DNA of 64,000 nt from the NCBI GenBank assembly GCA_964344105.1, contig CAYFMD010000002.1:2905-66904 (forward strand), given 5' to 3'. The translations under genes and the position numbers were made by a program. The notes beneath the pieces were generated by a model that did not search any database, was not told where the DNA came from, and saw only the letters and a program-made list of their open reading frames with translations. This document shows, piece after piece, positions 36,714 through 45,321 of the stretch; position 1 is the first letter of the stretch, and each line of letters opens with the position of its first letter. Source of the stretch: Candidatus Woesearchaeota archaeon (GTDB lineage Archaea; Nanobdellota; Nanobdellia; Pacearchaeales; GW2011-AR1).

Positions 36714-39183
36714 CCTCCTTATATTTTAACTCAATCCACTTTCCTTTATAGTCTTGATCCTTCGATTGTTCTTTCAATCTTTCTATTATCTCGTTATCTA
36801 TCATCATAACCCCTCTTTCATCTTTCTTCATTTTCTTAGCAAGCTTAGTAGCTTTATCCTTGCTCTTAGCAAACAAACTCTTAGCGCTATTGCCTAATTT
36901 ATTAAGCTTAGAACCTGCTCTTTCAGACAAAGATGGCTTAGAATCTGGTAATTGATCTCCAAGAGCTTCTTTATTCTTTTTGACAATTTTCTTCTTTTCT
37001 AGTCTTTTTTCAACCCACTTCTTCTCGGGAATATCTTCTATTACCTTTCCTCTATTCTTATTCTTCGACAAACTTAATGTAATCCTGTCATCCTCTATCT
37101 CTGCAAATCTCTCATTCATCTCTTTGAATTCAGCATCATATTCTTTCTGAGAGATATTATGTTTAACAAAATAATCTGTCTGAAGAGTTTTGACTTGATG
37201 TTCTAATTGCTTCTTCTCAATTTCAAGATCATTAATTATTTCAGCCGGAGCCAGTAATTTTATTCTTTTGTTTCTCAATTCAACTCTAGCCTTTCTTAAC
37301 TTAGCTAACTTATCTCTATGGTTATCCATAGCACTCTCAAATTCCTCTGAACTCATCTTCCCGCTATAATATTTAGCCTGAGTTTTTCTAAATAGCCCCC
37401 TAATATTAGCCTCTTCCTTAATACCATCCTCTATCTTCCTACTTATGCTAGTCTTTTGGTATTGCTTAACGCCCATAATACTCAAGAATGTAAATATTAT
37501 TACACCTATCACAACAAAATACCAGTAAAGATAAAGGAACAAACCAACATTCCCTCTTCTCTCTAACAACAACATAACTTGGGCTGATTTAGCCCTTTCT
37601 TCCGCAAGATCATAATCTCCTCTTTCAAAAGCTACCTGGGCCAGATCAACAACTTCTTCTATAGAACTGTCAGCAAATATAGCTTTTCCAGAAATTAAAG
37701 CTCTAACAGGAACCATCTTTCCATCTTCATCTCTAACTTCCTTGGCCACATTCCCTGTAATAAGATTGGTCTTCTTAGGATCTTCCAAAGCCAGTTTAAG
37801 ATTATCAATCAGTTCTTTTACTTCAAATGCTTTATCTTTAATTTTAATTATCCTTTTTGCAATATCTAAAGCAAATTTATTATCTTCCCCAAGGTTTTCA
37901 TTAATCTCTTTAATTAACTCCTCTACAATTTCTACATTGAATAAAGCCTCCTTCATTTCTTCCAGAGCCCTCTTCGCCTTATCAACAAAATCAGTTATTT
38001 CCTCATCACCAACCTCTTCAATAATCAGCTTAATATTTTGAGTTTCTTTATAGGATGTCTCAATTCCCTTAGTAAGTTTGATTCCAGTCACATCTGCTCT
38101 CAAGGTATGCACTTCACGCTCTTCCTTATAGGCAGGAATTTTTATCTTAACATTAAAATATTTTTTATCTTTTGAATCTATTGAATCAATAGTCTTAGGA
38201 TTTATTTCAATATACTGAGCAAAAAAACCACTAATTTCTAATTTTAGATCTTTTAGAATCGTATCTGTAAATTTATTTTCGACTTCAATTTCAAAACTAT
38301 CCTCTTGGCCCCTAACTATTCTAATCTCTTTTGAATAAATTGTAGCTGAGCCTCCCCCACTACTACCTCCGCCTCCTCCGCCACCACTTTCACTACCTCC
38401 TGATTCGACTACTGTGGCTGCAGGACCTGATCCTACATCAACCTCATTTACAGTAACATTCTTGCTGCCGACTTCTATTAGATTTGAGGTTAGGTTTGAA
38501 TCAGTATTGTTTAATCCAGTAACATTAGCATATAGGGTTACCGTTCCCGGAGTAGCCGTAGAATTAATATCTACAGTTAATGTAAAATTATTTTGTTCGT
38601 TTACACTTAATGTGCCAACTGACCTACTTAGTGTTCCTGTAGTGTTAATCCATCCATTAGGCAAGCTAAAATTCATTTCAACATTCTTTGCATTGCCTTG
38701 TCCCTTATTAGTAACCGAGACTATTAATTGAATTCCTGTATTATTTTGTGAAACAATGCTAGGTGCAGTTTCAAAACTTGTGATCAAAAATGGGTTTGCC
38801 GACGTTGCAACAATGTTAGCAGTAAATGTGGCAGAAGCAGGAACACTGGCAACATTGGCATCTGTGTCATTAACAGAGATATTAAATGTTATTAATGTAG
38901 AGCCTTCAGTACTAGGAGTTGTCACATTAACCTGCAAAGTTCTACTATCATTGCCATCAATGTTAGTGTTATTCAAATAAAAAGGAAAAGATGTATTGAA
39001 TGCTATATCTCCTTCAAAATCACTAGTTATATTCAATACGGTTATATTTTTGCTAGTGTGGGTATCATTTATTGTAAGGTTCCCAATAGTTTTATTTACA
39101 TTTAATGCTGTTGCAATATTACCAAAAGATTTCTGCAGATAGTTCCAAACAGTACCAATCAGAAAACTTCTTGTAGAACTCAT
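36697..39183 (-). CDS. large surface protein: sequon-dense extracellular beta-rich domain, Gly-rich linker, TM helix, cytoplasmic K/E coiled coil
   Basis: About 20 N-x-S/T sequons in the first 250 aa. CARDB-like SVTNKGQGNAKNVEMNFSLPNGW, then SGGSESGGGGGGGSSGGGS, TM GLFLYLYWYFVVIGVIIF and a coiled-coil tail. Confidence 0.55.
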   Translation of the reverse strand: MSSTRSFLIGTVWNYLQKSFGNIATALNVNKTIGNLTINDTHTSKNITVLNITSDFEGDIAFNTSFPFYLNNTNIDGNDSRTLQVNVTTPSTEGSTLITFNISVNDTDANVASVPASATFTANIVATSANPFLITSFETAPSIVSQNNTGIQLIVSVTNKGQGNAKNVEMNFSLPNGWINTTGTLSRSVGTLSVNEQNNFTLTVDINSTATPGTVTLYANVTGLNNTDSNLTSNLIEVGSKNVTVNEVDVGSGPAATVVESGGSESGGGGGGGSSGGGSATIYSKEIRIVRGQEDSFEIEVENKFTDTILKDLKLEISGFFAQYIEINPKTIDSIDSKDKKYFNVKIKIPAYKEEREVHTLRADVTGIKLTKGIETSYKETQNIKLIIEEVGDEEITDFVDKAKRALEEMKEALFNVEIVEELIKEINENLGEDNKFALDIAKRIIKIKDKAFEVKELIDNLKLALEDPKKTNLITGNVAKEVRDEDGKMVPVRALISGKAIFADSSIEEVVDLAQVAFERGDYDLAEERAKSAQVMLLLERRGNVGLFLYLYWYFVVIGVIIFTFLSIMGVKQYQKTSISRKIEDGIKEEANIRGLFRKTQAKYYSGKMSSEEFESAMDNHRDKLAKLRKARVELRNKRIKLLAPAEIINDLEIEKKQLEHQVKTLQTDYFVKHNISQKEYDAEFKEMNERFAEIEDDRITLSLSKNKNRGKVIEDIPEKKWVEKRLEKKKIVKKNKEALGDQLPDSKPSLSERAGSKLNKLGNSAKSLFAKSKDKATKLAKKMKKDERGVMMIDNEIIERLKEQSKDQDYKGKWIELKYKEDADEI

Positions 39184-39185
39184 AT

Positions 39186-39887
39186 TTAAGTTATCTTCGT
39201 CTTCTCCAGAAATTTAAAAAGTTGACTAATATACATTCTGTAAGAATCATCCTTTTTCGTAAAGGCACTAGCAATGGCCGTAAGAGAGTCTATTGCTATA
39301 AAGTCTGGATCCTGAAAATCCTTCGGCAAAAAAATGGGATTGATGTCTATAAGTAGTTCTCCCTTTTGTTTAGCCATCATAGCATCAACATTTCTCATTA
39401 TATCAAAAGGATCTGATCTAACTATTCTTAAATTTCCCTTCTTTATCAGTTTCTTTGCAGGCCATCCAAAACCTTCCATATGTTCAATCAATCTCTCTTC
39501 AGACTCCTCCAGGGTCATAATCAAACATTTCTTTCCTTTAGTAGCATGGTGAACCAAAGACTGTAAGCAAGTTATGGTCTTACCACTCCCTGCCCCTCCA
39601 GATATCAATAGGGAACTACCTTTTGGAACCCCCTTAAACAACAATTTATCTAGGCCCTCAATCCCCATCTTTACCGAATTTGCAGAAATAATACTCTTTT
39701 CTTTGATTTTTAACTTTGTCAGGGGGTTTCTTTGTCTCTTAATGCTCCCATTCAACTTATTAGATATAGACTTAAAATCTATCTGAGAGCTATTTTTAAC
39801 AGGAACCTTTCTCGTAACTATCCTATCAGTAGAAACATTTTTTGCCACTCCCTGATCCTTATTAACCAAAACCTCTTTTCTAACCAT
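39186..39887 (-). CDS. KaiC/RecA-superfamily ATPase (single domain) with Lys-rich N-terminal extension
   Basis: GIEGLDKLLFKGVPKGSSLLISGGAGSGKTITCLQ (Walker A) and Walker B-like FIAIDSL. Confidence 0.6.
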   Translation of the reverse strand: MVRKEVLVNKDQGVAKNVSTDRIVTRKVPVKNSSQIDFKSISNKLNGSIKRQRNPLTKLKIKEKSIISANSVKMGIEGLDKLLFKGVPKGSSLLISGGAGSGKTITCLQSLVHHATKGKKCLIMTLEESEERLIEHMEGFGWPAKKLIKKGNLRIVRSDPFDIMRNVDAMMAKQKGELLIDINPIFLPKDFQDPDFIAIDSLTAIASAFTKKDDSYRMYISQLFKFLEKTKIT

Positions 39888-39942
39888 ATGTAATTAAACA
39901 AAAATTATTATTTAAACTTTCTCTATAAAATTTTTTGAAAAA

Positions 39943-40461
39943 CTATTTGCCTTCAGCAAGATCTTCTATTGAAGGCTCTTTGTGATCATGATTGTGATCG
40001 CAACCACAATTTTCATCCCCACAACTATGCGCTTCCTCTCCATGAGCAGCACCTTCTCCACCCTTTGCATGAGCCTCCATCTGAGCTTTCTGGAATTCCA
40101 TGATCATCTTATTCATTTCGTTTTGCAATTCATCTAATCTTCCCATTATCTGATTCTTAGCATCCATCAACTTATCACTTTCCTCATCAACTATCTTCTT
40201 AGTATCACTAACAGATTTCTTAACAAAATTTCCCTTTCCAACTTCAACAATCAAATTCTTATCTCTAATATCTACAGGCAGGAAAATCCTCTTACCCAAA
40301 TTAGCCATTATCTCTTTATTATCATTACTCTCAATCTCTTCCAAACTTGCCTTAAGGTCATTCATCTCAGCAACATTCTGATCAACAACTTTCAGTTGTT
40401 CATTCAACTGATTAGTCTCCTGTTCCATCATCTGAATTCTCATAATTGCTTCTTGATCCAT
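39943..40461 (-). CDS. pfdA: prefoldin alpha subunit with His/Cys-rich C-terminal tail
   Basis: Coiled coil, then beta-hairpin region IFLPVDIRDKNLIVEVGKGNFVKK, then coiled coil. Tail HGEEAHSCGDENCGCDHNHDHKE. Confidence 0.6.
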   Translation of the reverse strand: MDQEAIMRIQMMEQETNQLNEQLKVVDQNVAEMNDLKASLEEIESNDNKEIMANLGKRIFLPVDIRDKNLIVEVGKGNFVKKSVSDTKKIVDEESDKLMDAKNQIMGRLDELQNEMNKMIMEFQKAQMEAHAKGGEGAAHGEEAHSCGDENCGCDHNHDHKEPSIEDLAEGK

Positions 40462-40477
40462 TTTCTATTAAAAATAT

Positions 40478-40717
40478 TTAGTATAGCCCAGTCTCACCAG
40501 CTGCAGCCCTAGCCATTCTCTCATAACCAGACATTGGCTGTCCAGGACCATTGCTCTTTGACATGTGTGGCTCAGAGCTTCCTACAATAGAACTTCCAGT
40601 ACCAGTATCTGTAGCAGTCTCCAATGATCCTCCAGCTACAGGAAGGCTTCTAGCCCTTCTCTGATCGGCTTCCCTTCTTGCAGCATAACTAAATCCTTCT
40701 GTCATAACATCACCCAA
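40478..40717 (-). CDS. hypothetical low-complexity Gly/Ser/Ala-rich ORF in a GC-rich segment (coding status uncertain)
   Basis: Roughly 47 percent GC against a local background nearer 33 percent. The product is low complexity. Confidence 0.2.
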   Translation of the reverse strand: MGDVMTEGFSYAARREADQRRARSLPVAGGSLETATDTGTGSSIVGSSEPHMSKSNGPGQPMSGYERMARAAAGETGLY

Positions 40718-40823
40718 TATTTACCATATATAAAGCTTTCCACCGCTAGATACTATATAATTAACGTCAGATTTATATAATCTAGTAGATTTACCATCCT
40801 GAAAAGGAGGTGAAATCTACAGA

Positions 40824-41117
40824 ATGAAATGTTCTAAATGCAAGAGTAAAAGAATAGTTAAACAGGGTCTGAGAAAAAATCAATCAGGAAATAAACAAAA
40901 ATATCAGTGTTTGAATTGCAAGAATTGGTTTGTTGAAAATGATGGATTCATTAGGATGAGACATGATCCAACAATAATTACCAAAGCGATTCATATGCAC
41001 AAAGATGGTATGTCTTTCTATAGTGTTGCCAATCATCTCTGGCAGTATGATGGTGTGAGGGTGACGCCAATGACTGTTTGTAATTGGACCGTAAAATACG
41101 GTGCTTTTTTAAAATAG
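40824..41117 (+). pseudogene. transposase N-terminal zinc-finger/HTH part (frame 0), ends at TAG just after a T6A4 tract
   Basis: ORF ends ...KYGAFLK-stop at 41115-41117. The T6A4 run lies at 41105-41114. Confidence 0.55.
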
Positions 41118-41748
41118 GATAAATGAGCTGGTTGAACCACAGCTCAAAGGAAGACAACATCTAGATGAAAAGTATGTCAAGCTAAGAGGTAAGCATTACT
41201 ACGATTTGAATTGTATAGATAACAAGAATAAGTACATAACAGCTCATTTGTTCGTCGCTGAGAGAACAAATGAGAAGTGTATAGAATTTTTATCTGAGAT
41301 AAAAAGAAATTGCTACGGCCAGATTCTGTATAGGTATTATATTGAGAAGCATAAAAAAGTAGACGATAGGCAACTTATAACTTTTGTTTGCGATGGATTT
41401 GAAAATTACAGAAATGCGTTCAATAAATTGTTTTATAGAGTTGCTAAATTGCAGTTCGGTGTTCCAATCAAACTGCAGAGATTTGGAGTGAAGCATAACA
41501 ACAATCCAATAGAGAGATATAATGGAAAGTTGAAAGATAGGATCAAGGTTTTGAGAGGAGGATTTGGAAGTTTTGAAAGAGCTAGTGCTTTTATGAATCT
41601 TCAAAGAGTTGTCCATAATTTTGTGAACCCTCATCAAGGTCTGCAGGGAAAGACACCTGCAGAAATGGCTGGGATAAAGTTGAATTTAGGAAGAATGAAA
41701 TTGCTAAACCTGATTAAGTATGTGGCAGAAAACTTACCTGACGATTAG
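41113..41748 (+). pseudogene. transposase DDE catalytic part (+1 frame), open from 41113
   Basis: Frame-1 reading NRINELVEPQLKGRQHLDEKYVKLRGKHYY... continues into the tracked ORF 41206..41748. Confidence 0.55.
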
Positions 41749-41825
41749 TTTAGTGTATCTTGAAGATAGTTCAAAATCTAACCACATAAATCCTTAAAAA
41801 TCACGCTAAAGTTAATTAACCAGAG

Positions 41826-42197
41826 ATGATACAAATACTAGAAAAAAACAGGTGGCTAGCATTAATTTTAACACTAATTTGCACATTTCTTATCTACTTT
41901 ATATCTTCACTAACTTTCTCTGGAGGCGGCGGAAAATCTCCAATGTCTGTCATCTATCACTTCACAGCATTTTCATATCTAACACTATTCTTACTAATTA
42001 GCTTAACAAAAGGAAAACCAAGCAAATCTCTAATAATAGTGGGAATTCTTTTAGCTATAATCTACGGGATCTTAGATGAAATCCATCAAGCATTTGTGCC
42101 TGGAAGATTTCCTTCACATAATGATATAATAGTTAATTCATTCGGAATAATTCTTACAGGACTAGCATATAGTAACTGGACAAACAGAAAAAGATAA
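41826..42197 (+). CDS. VanZ-like family membrane protein
   Basis: ILDEIHQAFVPGRFPSHNDIIVNSFGIILTG, a VanZ signature. Confidence 0.55.
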   Translation: MIQILEKNRWLALILTLICTFLIYFISSLTFSGGGGKSPMSVIYHFTAFSYLTLFLLISLTKGKPSKSLIIVGILLAIIYGILDEIHQAFVPGRFPSHNDIIVNSFGIILTGLAYSNWTNRKR

Positions 42198-42620
42198 TTA
42201 CTGCAAACCAAAACCTTTACTCAAAATTATACTAAAAACTATTGAACTTCCAATATACCACCACAACCAACTCCCAGATAAACTTGTAAGTGCATAAATA
42301 CTCCTCATCCAAGCAAAAACCAACAAGATAGGGATCATTGTAACCAACATCGGCTTGAAGCTCATCTTCATTTGCTCTGGCATATCTTCCAACATCTGCT
42401 GATTGATCTGCATCATCTTATCAGGATTATTCTTATGCTCTTTCATCTCAGCCCTAAGAGCTTTCTGCTTCTCTCTAAGTGCCTTCATCTTCTCCTTATC
42501 CGTCATATAATATCTAACTACTGTAATAAACAAGGTCACTAAGAAACTAATTGCAATTATAGACCCTTTCGGATTACTTATCACCCATGCTTGTATATCA
42601 ACCATTTTTATATTTATCAA
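42198..42620 (-). CDS. DUF106-family membrane protein (archaeal Oxa1/YidC-like insertase)
   Basis: TM, then a K/E-rich coiled coil, then TMs. Sits immediately next to secY, as is common in archaea. Confidence 0.55.
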   Translation of the reverse strand: MINIKMVDIQAWVISNPKGSIIAISFLVTLFITVVRYYMTDKEKMKALREKQKALRAEMKEHKNNPDKMMQINQQMLEDMPEQMKMSFKPMLVTMIPILLVFAWMRSIYALTSLSGSWLWWYIGSSIVFSIILSKGFGLQ

Positions 42621-42635
42621 TAAGACTATTTAAAC

Positions 42636-44000
42636 CTAAACACCCATCATTTTCTTCATCGCAGGGTTCATATCCATTGCATGTTGCTGAGCGATATTCT
42701 GATAGAACTGGAATGTAATCATTATTCCTAACAACAAGGCTGTTCCAGCTACAATAGCTCCAAGAACATCGGCAAGAGCAGCTAACAATCCAATTGCCAA
42801 ACCGCCCATTACTGTCAATGGCATAACATATCTACTTAAGATAGATTCTAAAATTCTATGGTCTTTTCTAAATCCTGGAATCTGTAATCCTGATTTCAAA
42901 ATATTATTTGCTTGAGCACCAGCATCCATTCCACTAGTCTTTACCCAAAACACTGAGAACAATGCACAAAAGAACATATAGAATACAATGTGTCCAAATG
43001 TCTGCAACAATAATGCATTCTCCCAACTTCCAGTGATTATTCTCTCAACAATATTTGTACTACCAATCCAATACAAGAATCCTGAAACTGGCTGACCATT
43101 AACTACATTACCTAGGAAAGTAGGTCTTCCTAACCAATTCTGTAATAATCCTCCAAATAGAGTAAAGTTAGCGATCAATGCACTTGTTAATATAACTGGG
43201 ATAACCGAAGCATAAAGGAACTGCAATGGCCACTTCATACTATATCCTCTCAATCTATCATAACTCAATGGAATCTCTATCTTCAAATTCTGTATCCATA
43301 CAACAATCAAGAATAGTATTATTGTAGCAACTATTGCTGCACCAGCCAACATAGCTCCTTGACTATCGGCATTCATTAAACTAACTACAAATGCAATAAC
43401 TCTTCCAGAAGCCTGGAATTGTCCCTGAGTTCCTAAGAATCCAAAGCTAGCTGTTATCAACTGCCATCCAACTCCTGCTGCGATAAACAAACTAACTCCT
43501 GAACCGAATCCCCATTTCTGGCAAACCTCATCCATAAACAAGATAGCCAATCCACCTAACATTAACTGAAAGATAACTATTCCTGTAAATCCTGGAGCCG
43601 CCTGAATACCCCCCATCATAACATAAATTATAGATTCAAATATTATGAAGAAGAATACCATTAACTTCTGTAATCCTTGAAAAAATTTCTTACCTTCTGC
43701 AGTACTAGTGTCAATATTCAATATCTGACTTCCAACTAATAGCTGCAAGATAATACTTGCCATAACGATAGGACCAATACCTAACGATATAATCGAACCA
43801 AAGTTAGTTCCTAAAATAACTGCTAAGAATTCGAACTGCTCTAAGAATCCTGGATCTGCTCCATAAAGTGCAATGTTGGACATTACAAAAAACGCAACTA
43901 GAATCATTAGAGTCCACTTTAACTTAACATTAAAACTCAACTTCTTTTCAGTAGGCGGAGTTACTTCAGGTAAATTATGCAGTATATCTCTAAGTGCCAT
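42636..44000 (-). CDS. secY: preprotein translocase subunit SecY
   Basis: 454 aa, 10 TM helices, position after uL15, N-terminal MALRDILHNLPEV. Confidence 0.9.
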   Translation of the reverse strand: MALRDILHNLPEVTPPTEKKLSFNVKLKWTLMILVAFFVMSNIALYGADPGFLEQFEFLAVILGTNFGSIISLGIGPIVMASIILQLLVGSQILNIDTSTAEGKKFFQGLQKLMVFFFIIFESIIYVMMGGIQAAPGFTGIVIFQLMLGGLAILFMDEVCQKWGFGSGVSLFIAAGVGWQLITASFGFLGTQGQFQASGRVIAFVVSLMNADSQGAMLAGAAIVATIILFLIVVWIQNLKIEIPLSYDRLRGYSMKWPLQFLYASVIPVILTSALIANFTLFGGLLQNWLGRPTFLGNVVNGQPVSGFLYWIGSTNIVERIITGSWENALLLQTFGHIVFYMFFCALFSVFWVKTSGMDAGAQANNILKSGLQIPGFRKDHRILESILSRYVMPLTVMGGLAIGLLAALADVLGAIVAGTALLLGIMITFQFYQNIAQQHAMDMNPAMKKMMGV

Positions 44001-44025
44001 GTTTTCTTTTATGATCTAATGATAA

Positions 44026-44502
44026 TTACTCACTATCTTCAGCAGCATCATCTTTAACATCACTAGAATCTTCAATCTCTCTTTCAACTTTCAGCTCACC
44101 ACCAGCTTTCTTAATCTTATCTTCAGCTGTCTTGCTAGCTTCTAAGGCTTTAATCTTAACTTTCTTACTAATCTCTCCCTTACCTAAAATCTTATGGTCT
44201 GAAAGATCAATCCATCCATCAACTAACTTGAACTTTCCAGTATTTCTCTCAATATCTCCTACATTAATCTTCTTTCTTCTATCCTTCTCATTCCCTCTAC
44301 TTGTAATACCTTTCTTACCAAAATATTCATTTCCGTAAAGCTTGTTAATCAAAGTCTTCTTATGATCAGCTTTCTTTCCAGTTCCAGCCATTCCGATTCC
44401 ACCCTTATGGCCACTCTTCTTCCATTTCTTTCTAGCACCGTGGCCATGATTAGTCTTTCCTCTCTGACCTACTGCCTTCTTTGTTTTCTTAGTCTTTATC
44501 AT
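44026..44502 (-). CDS. rpl15: 50S ribosomal protein uL15
   Basis: GQRGKTNHGHGARKKWKKSGHKGGIGMAGTGKK. Confidence 0.85.
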   Translation of the reverse strand: MIKTKKTKKAVGQRGKTNHGHGARKKWKKSGHKGGIGMAGTGKKADHKKTLINKLYGNEYFGKKGITSRGNEKDRRKKINVGDIERNTGKFKLVDGWIDLSDHKILGKGEISKKVKIKALEASKTAEDKIKKAGGELKVEREIEDSSDVKDDAAEDSE

Positions 44503-44503
44503 T

Positions 44504-44815
44504 TTAATTTATTAGATCAACCTCCGATAAATATCCTTTCCATCTCCCATATGATCCTATATTTGGGCCAATTACACTTTCATCGCCTTCACTAGTAGTT
44601 AGAACATAATGTCCATTTTGATCAGAAACAGTATATGTCCTAAAAAGCAAATCTGGATTTGCATCATCAGATGAATTTGGAACTGGTGATACCGTTTCAA
44701 CAGTGCTTGTCCCATCAACCTCCCAAACTCTCTCAGTAAGATTGACAATGCCTCCCTTCAATCCCTCAAATCTATCTTTTCTAATCCTAAATTCTATCCT
44801 ACTATCTTCCGTCAT
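44504..44815 (-). CDS. hypothetical small acidic protein inserted between uL30 and uL15
   Basis: 103-aa ORF tightly packed in the operon. Not a recognisable r-protein. Confidence 0.3.
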   Translation of the reverse strand: MTEDSRIEFRIRKDRFEGLKGGIVNLTERVWEVDGTSTVETVSPVPNSSDDANPDLLFRTYTVSDQNGHYVLTTSEGDESVIGPNIGSYGRWKGYLSEVDLIN

Positions 44816-45285
44816 CCTAACATCTTTCCTATCAATTTATTAATATCTTTCTTATTGTTTCCTAAAACTCCATCAGGGTATTGCAACTTACTATTGATTC
44901 CGCCTCTTGGTGGATGTAATCTAAAGAATCCCTTAAGCTTAAAGTCCTTCAATTTCTTTCCATCTAACAATCCCTTAGCAACTTCTCCAGCATTAGCTTC
45001 AACTTTTTGCTTTCTACCTTCCTCACTCTCTGCTCTTTCCTTAACAAGCTTCTCTAAAGTTTTACTATCAATATCTCCGTATGCAACATAGTGCTTAACT
45101 CTCTTCAACATTCCAGCAATATTCTTATCATTACTATCAACAATTACACAAGCATATTTTCTTCTTAATCTCAATCTATTCAAAGTCTCAGCTACATCTT
45201 TCCTTACCTTAACCATTCCTGCAATTCTAATTACAGCAACCATCTTTGGTTCTTTCTTTTCTACTTTAGCTTTTTCTTCTGCCAT
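44812..45285 (-). CDS. rpl30: 50S ribosomal protein uL30
   Basis: VAVIRIAGMVKVRKDVAETLNRLRLRRKYACVIV. Confidence 0.8.
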   Translation of the reverse strand: MAEEKAKVEKKEPKMVAVIRIAGMVKVRKDVAETLNRLRLRRKYACVIVDSNDKNIAGMLKRVKHYVAYGDIDSKTLEKLVKERAESEEGRKQKVEANAGEVAKGLLDGKKLKDFKLKGFFRLHPPRGGINSKLQYPDGVLGNNKKDINKLIGKMLG

Positions 45286-45321
45286 TTTCTTCTATTTCAC
45301 TTCTAATTTTTACGTGGCCTG

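Larger units (their letters stand above)
40824..41748 (+). mobile_element. IS6-family insertion sequence transposase gene, interrupted by a frameshift (ends of the IS not resolved)
   Basis: N-terminal zinc finger CSKCKSK...CLNCKNW. DDE region DEKYVKLRGKHYYDLNCID matches the IS6 DETYVKVxGxWxYLYRAID block. KHNNNPIERYNGKLKDRIKV matches the IS6 C-terminal block. The two halves lie in different frames. Confidence 0.65.

Noticed and set aside
39186-39887. KaiC-like ATPase next to pfdA read as FtsY, the usual pfdA neighbour
   Set aside because: It is only 233 aa with the RecA/KaiC N-terminal pattern G..LD..L.GG.P.GS and no SRP-GTPase G-motifs, so it is not FtsY.
40478-40717. GC-rich segment as SRP RNA or RNase P RNA
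   Set aside because: I could not find conserved SRP (helix 8 GNAR loop context) or RNase P (AGGAAAGUCC-like) motifs or long GC stems. Left as a compositional anomaly pending an Rfam scan.
40740-41825. Terminal inverted repeats of the IS6 element
   Set aside because: Only a weak match (TTAAC...ATTT on both flanks) was found. It is not convincing enough to define the IS boundaries.
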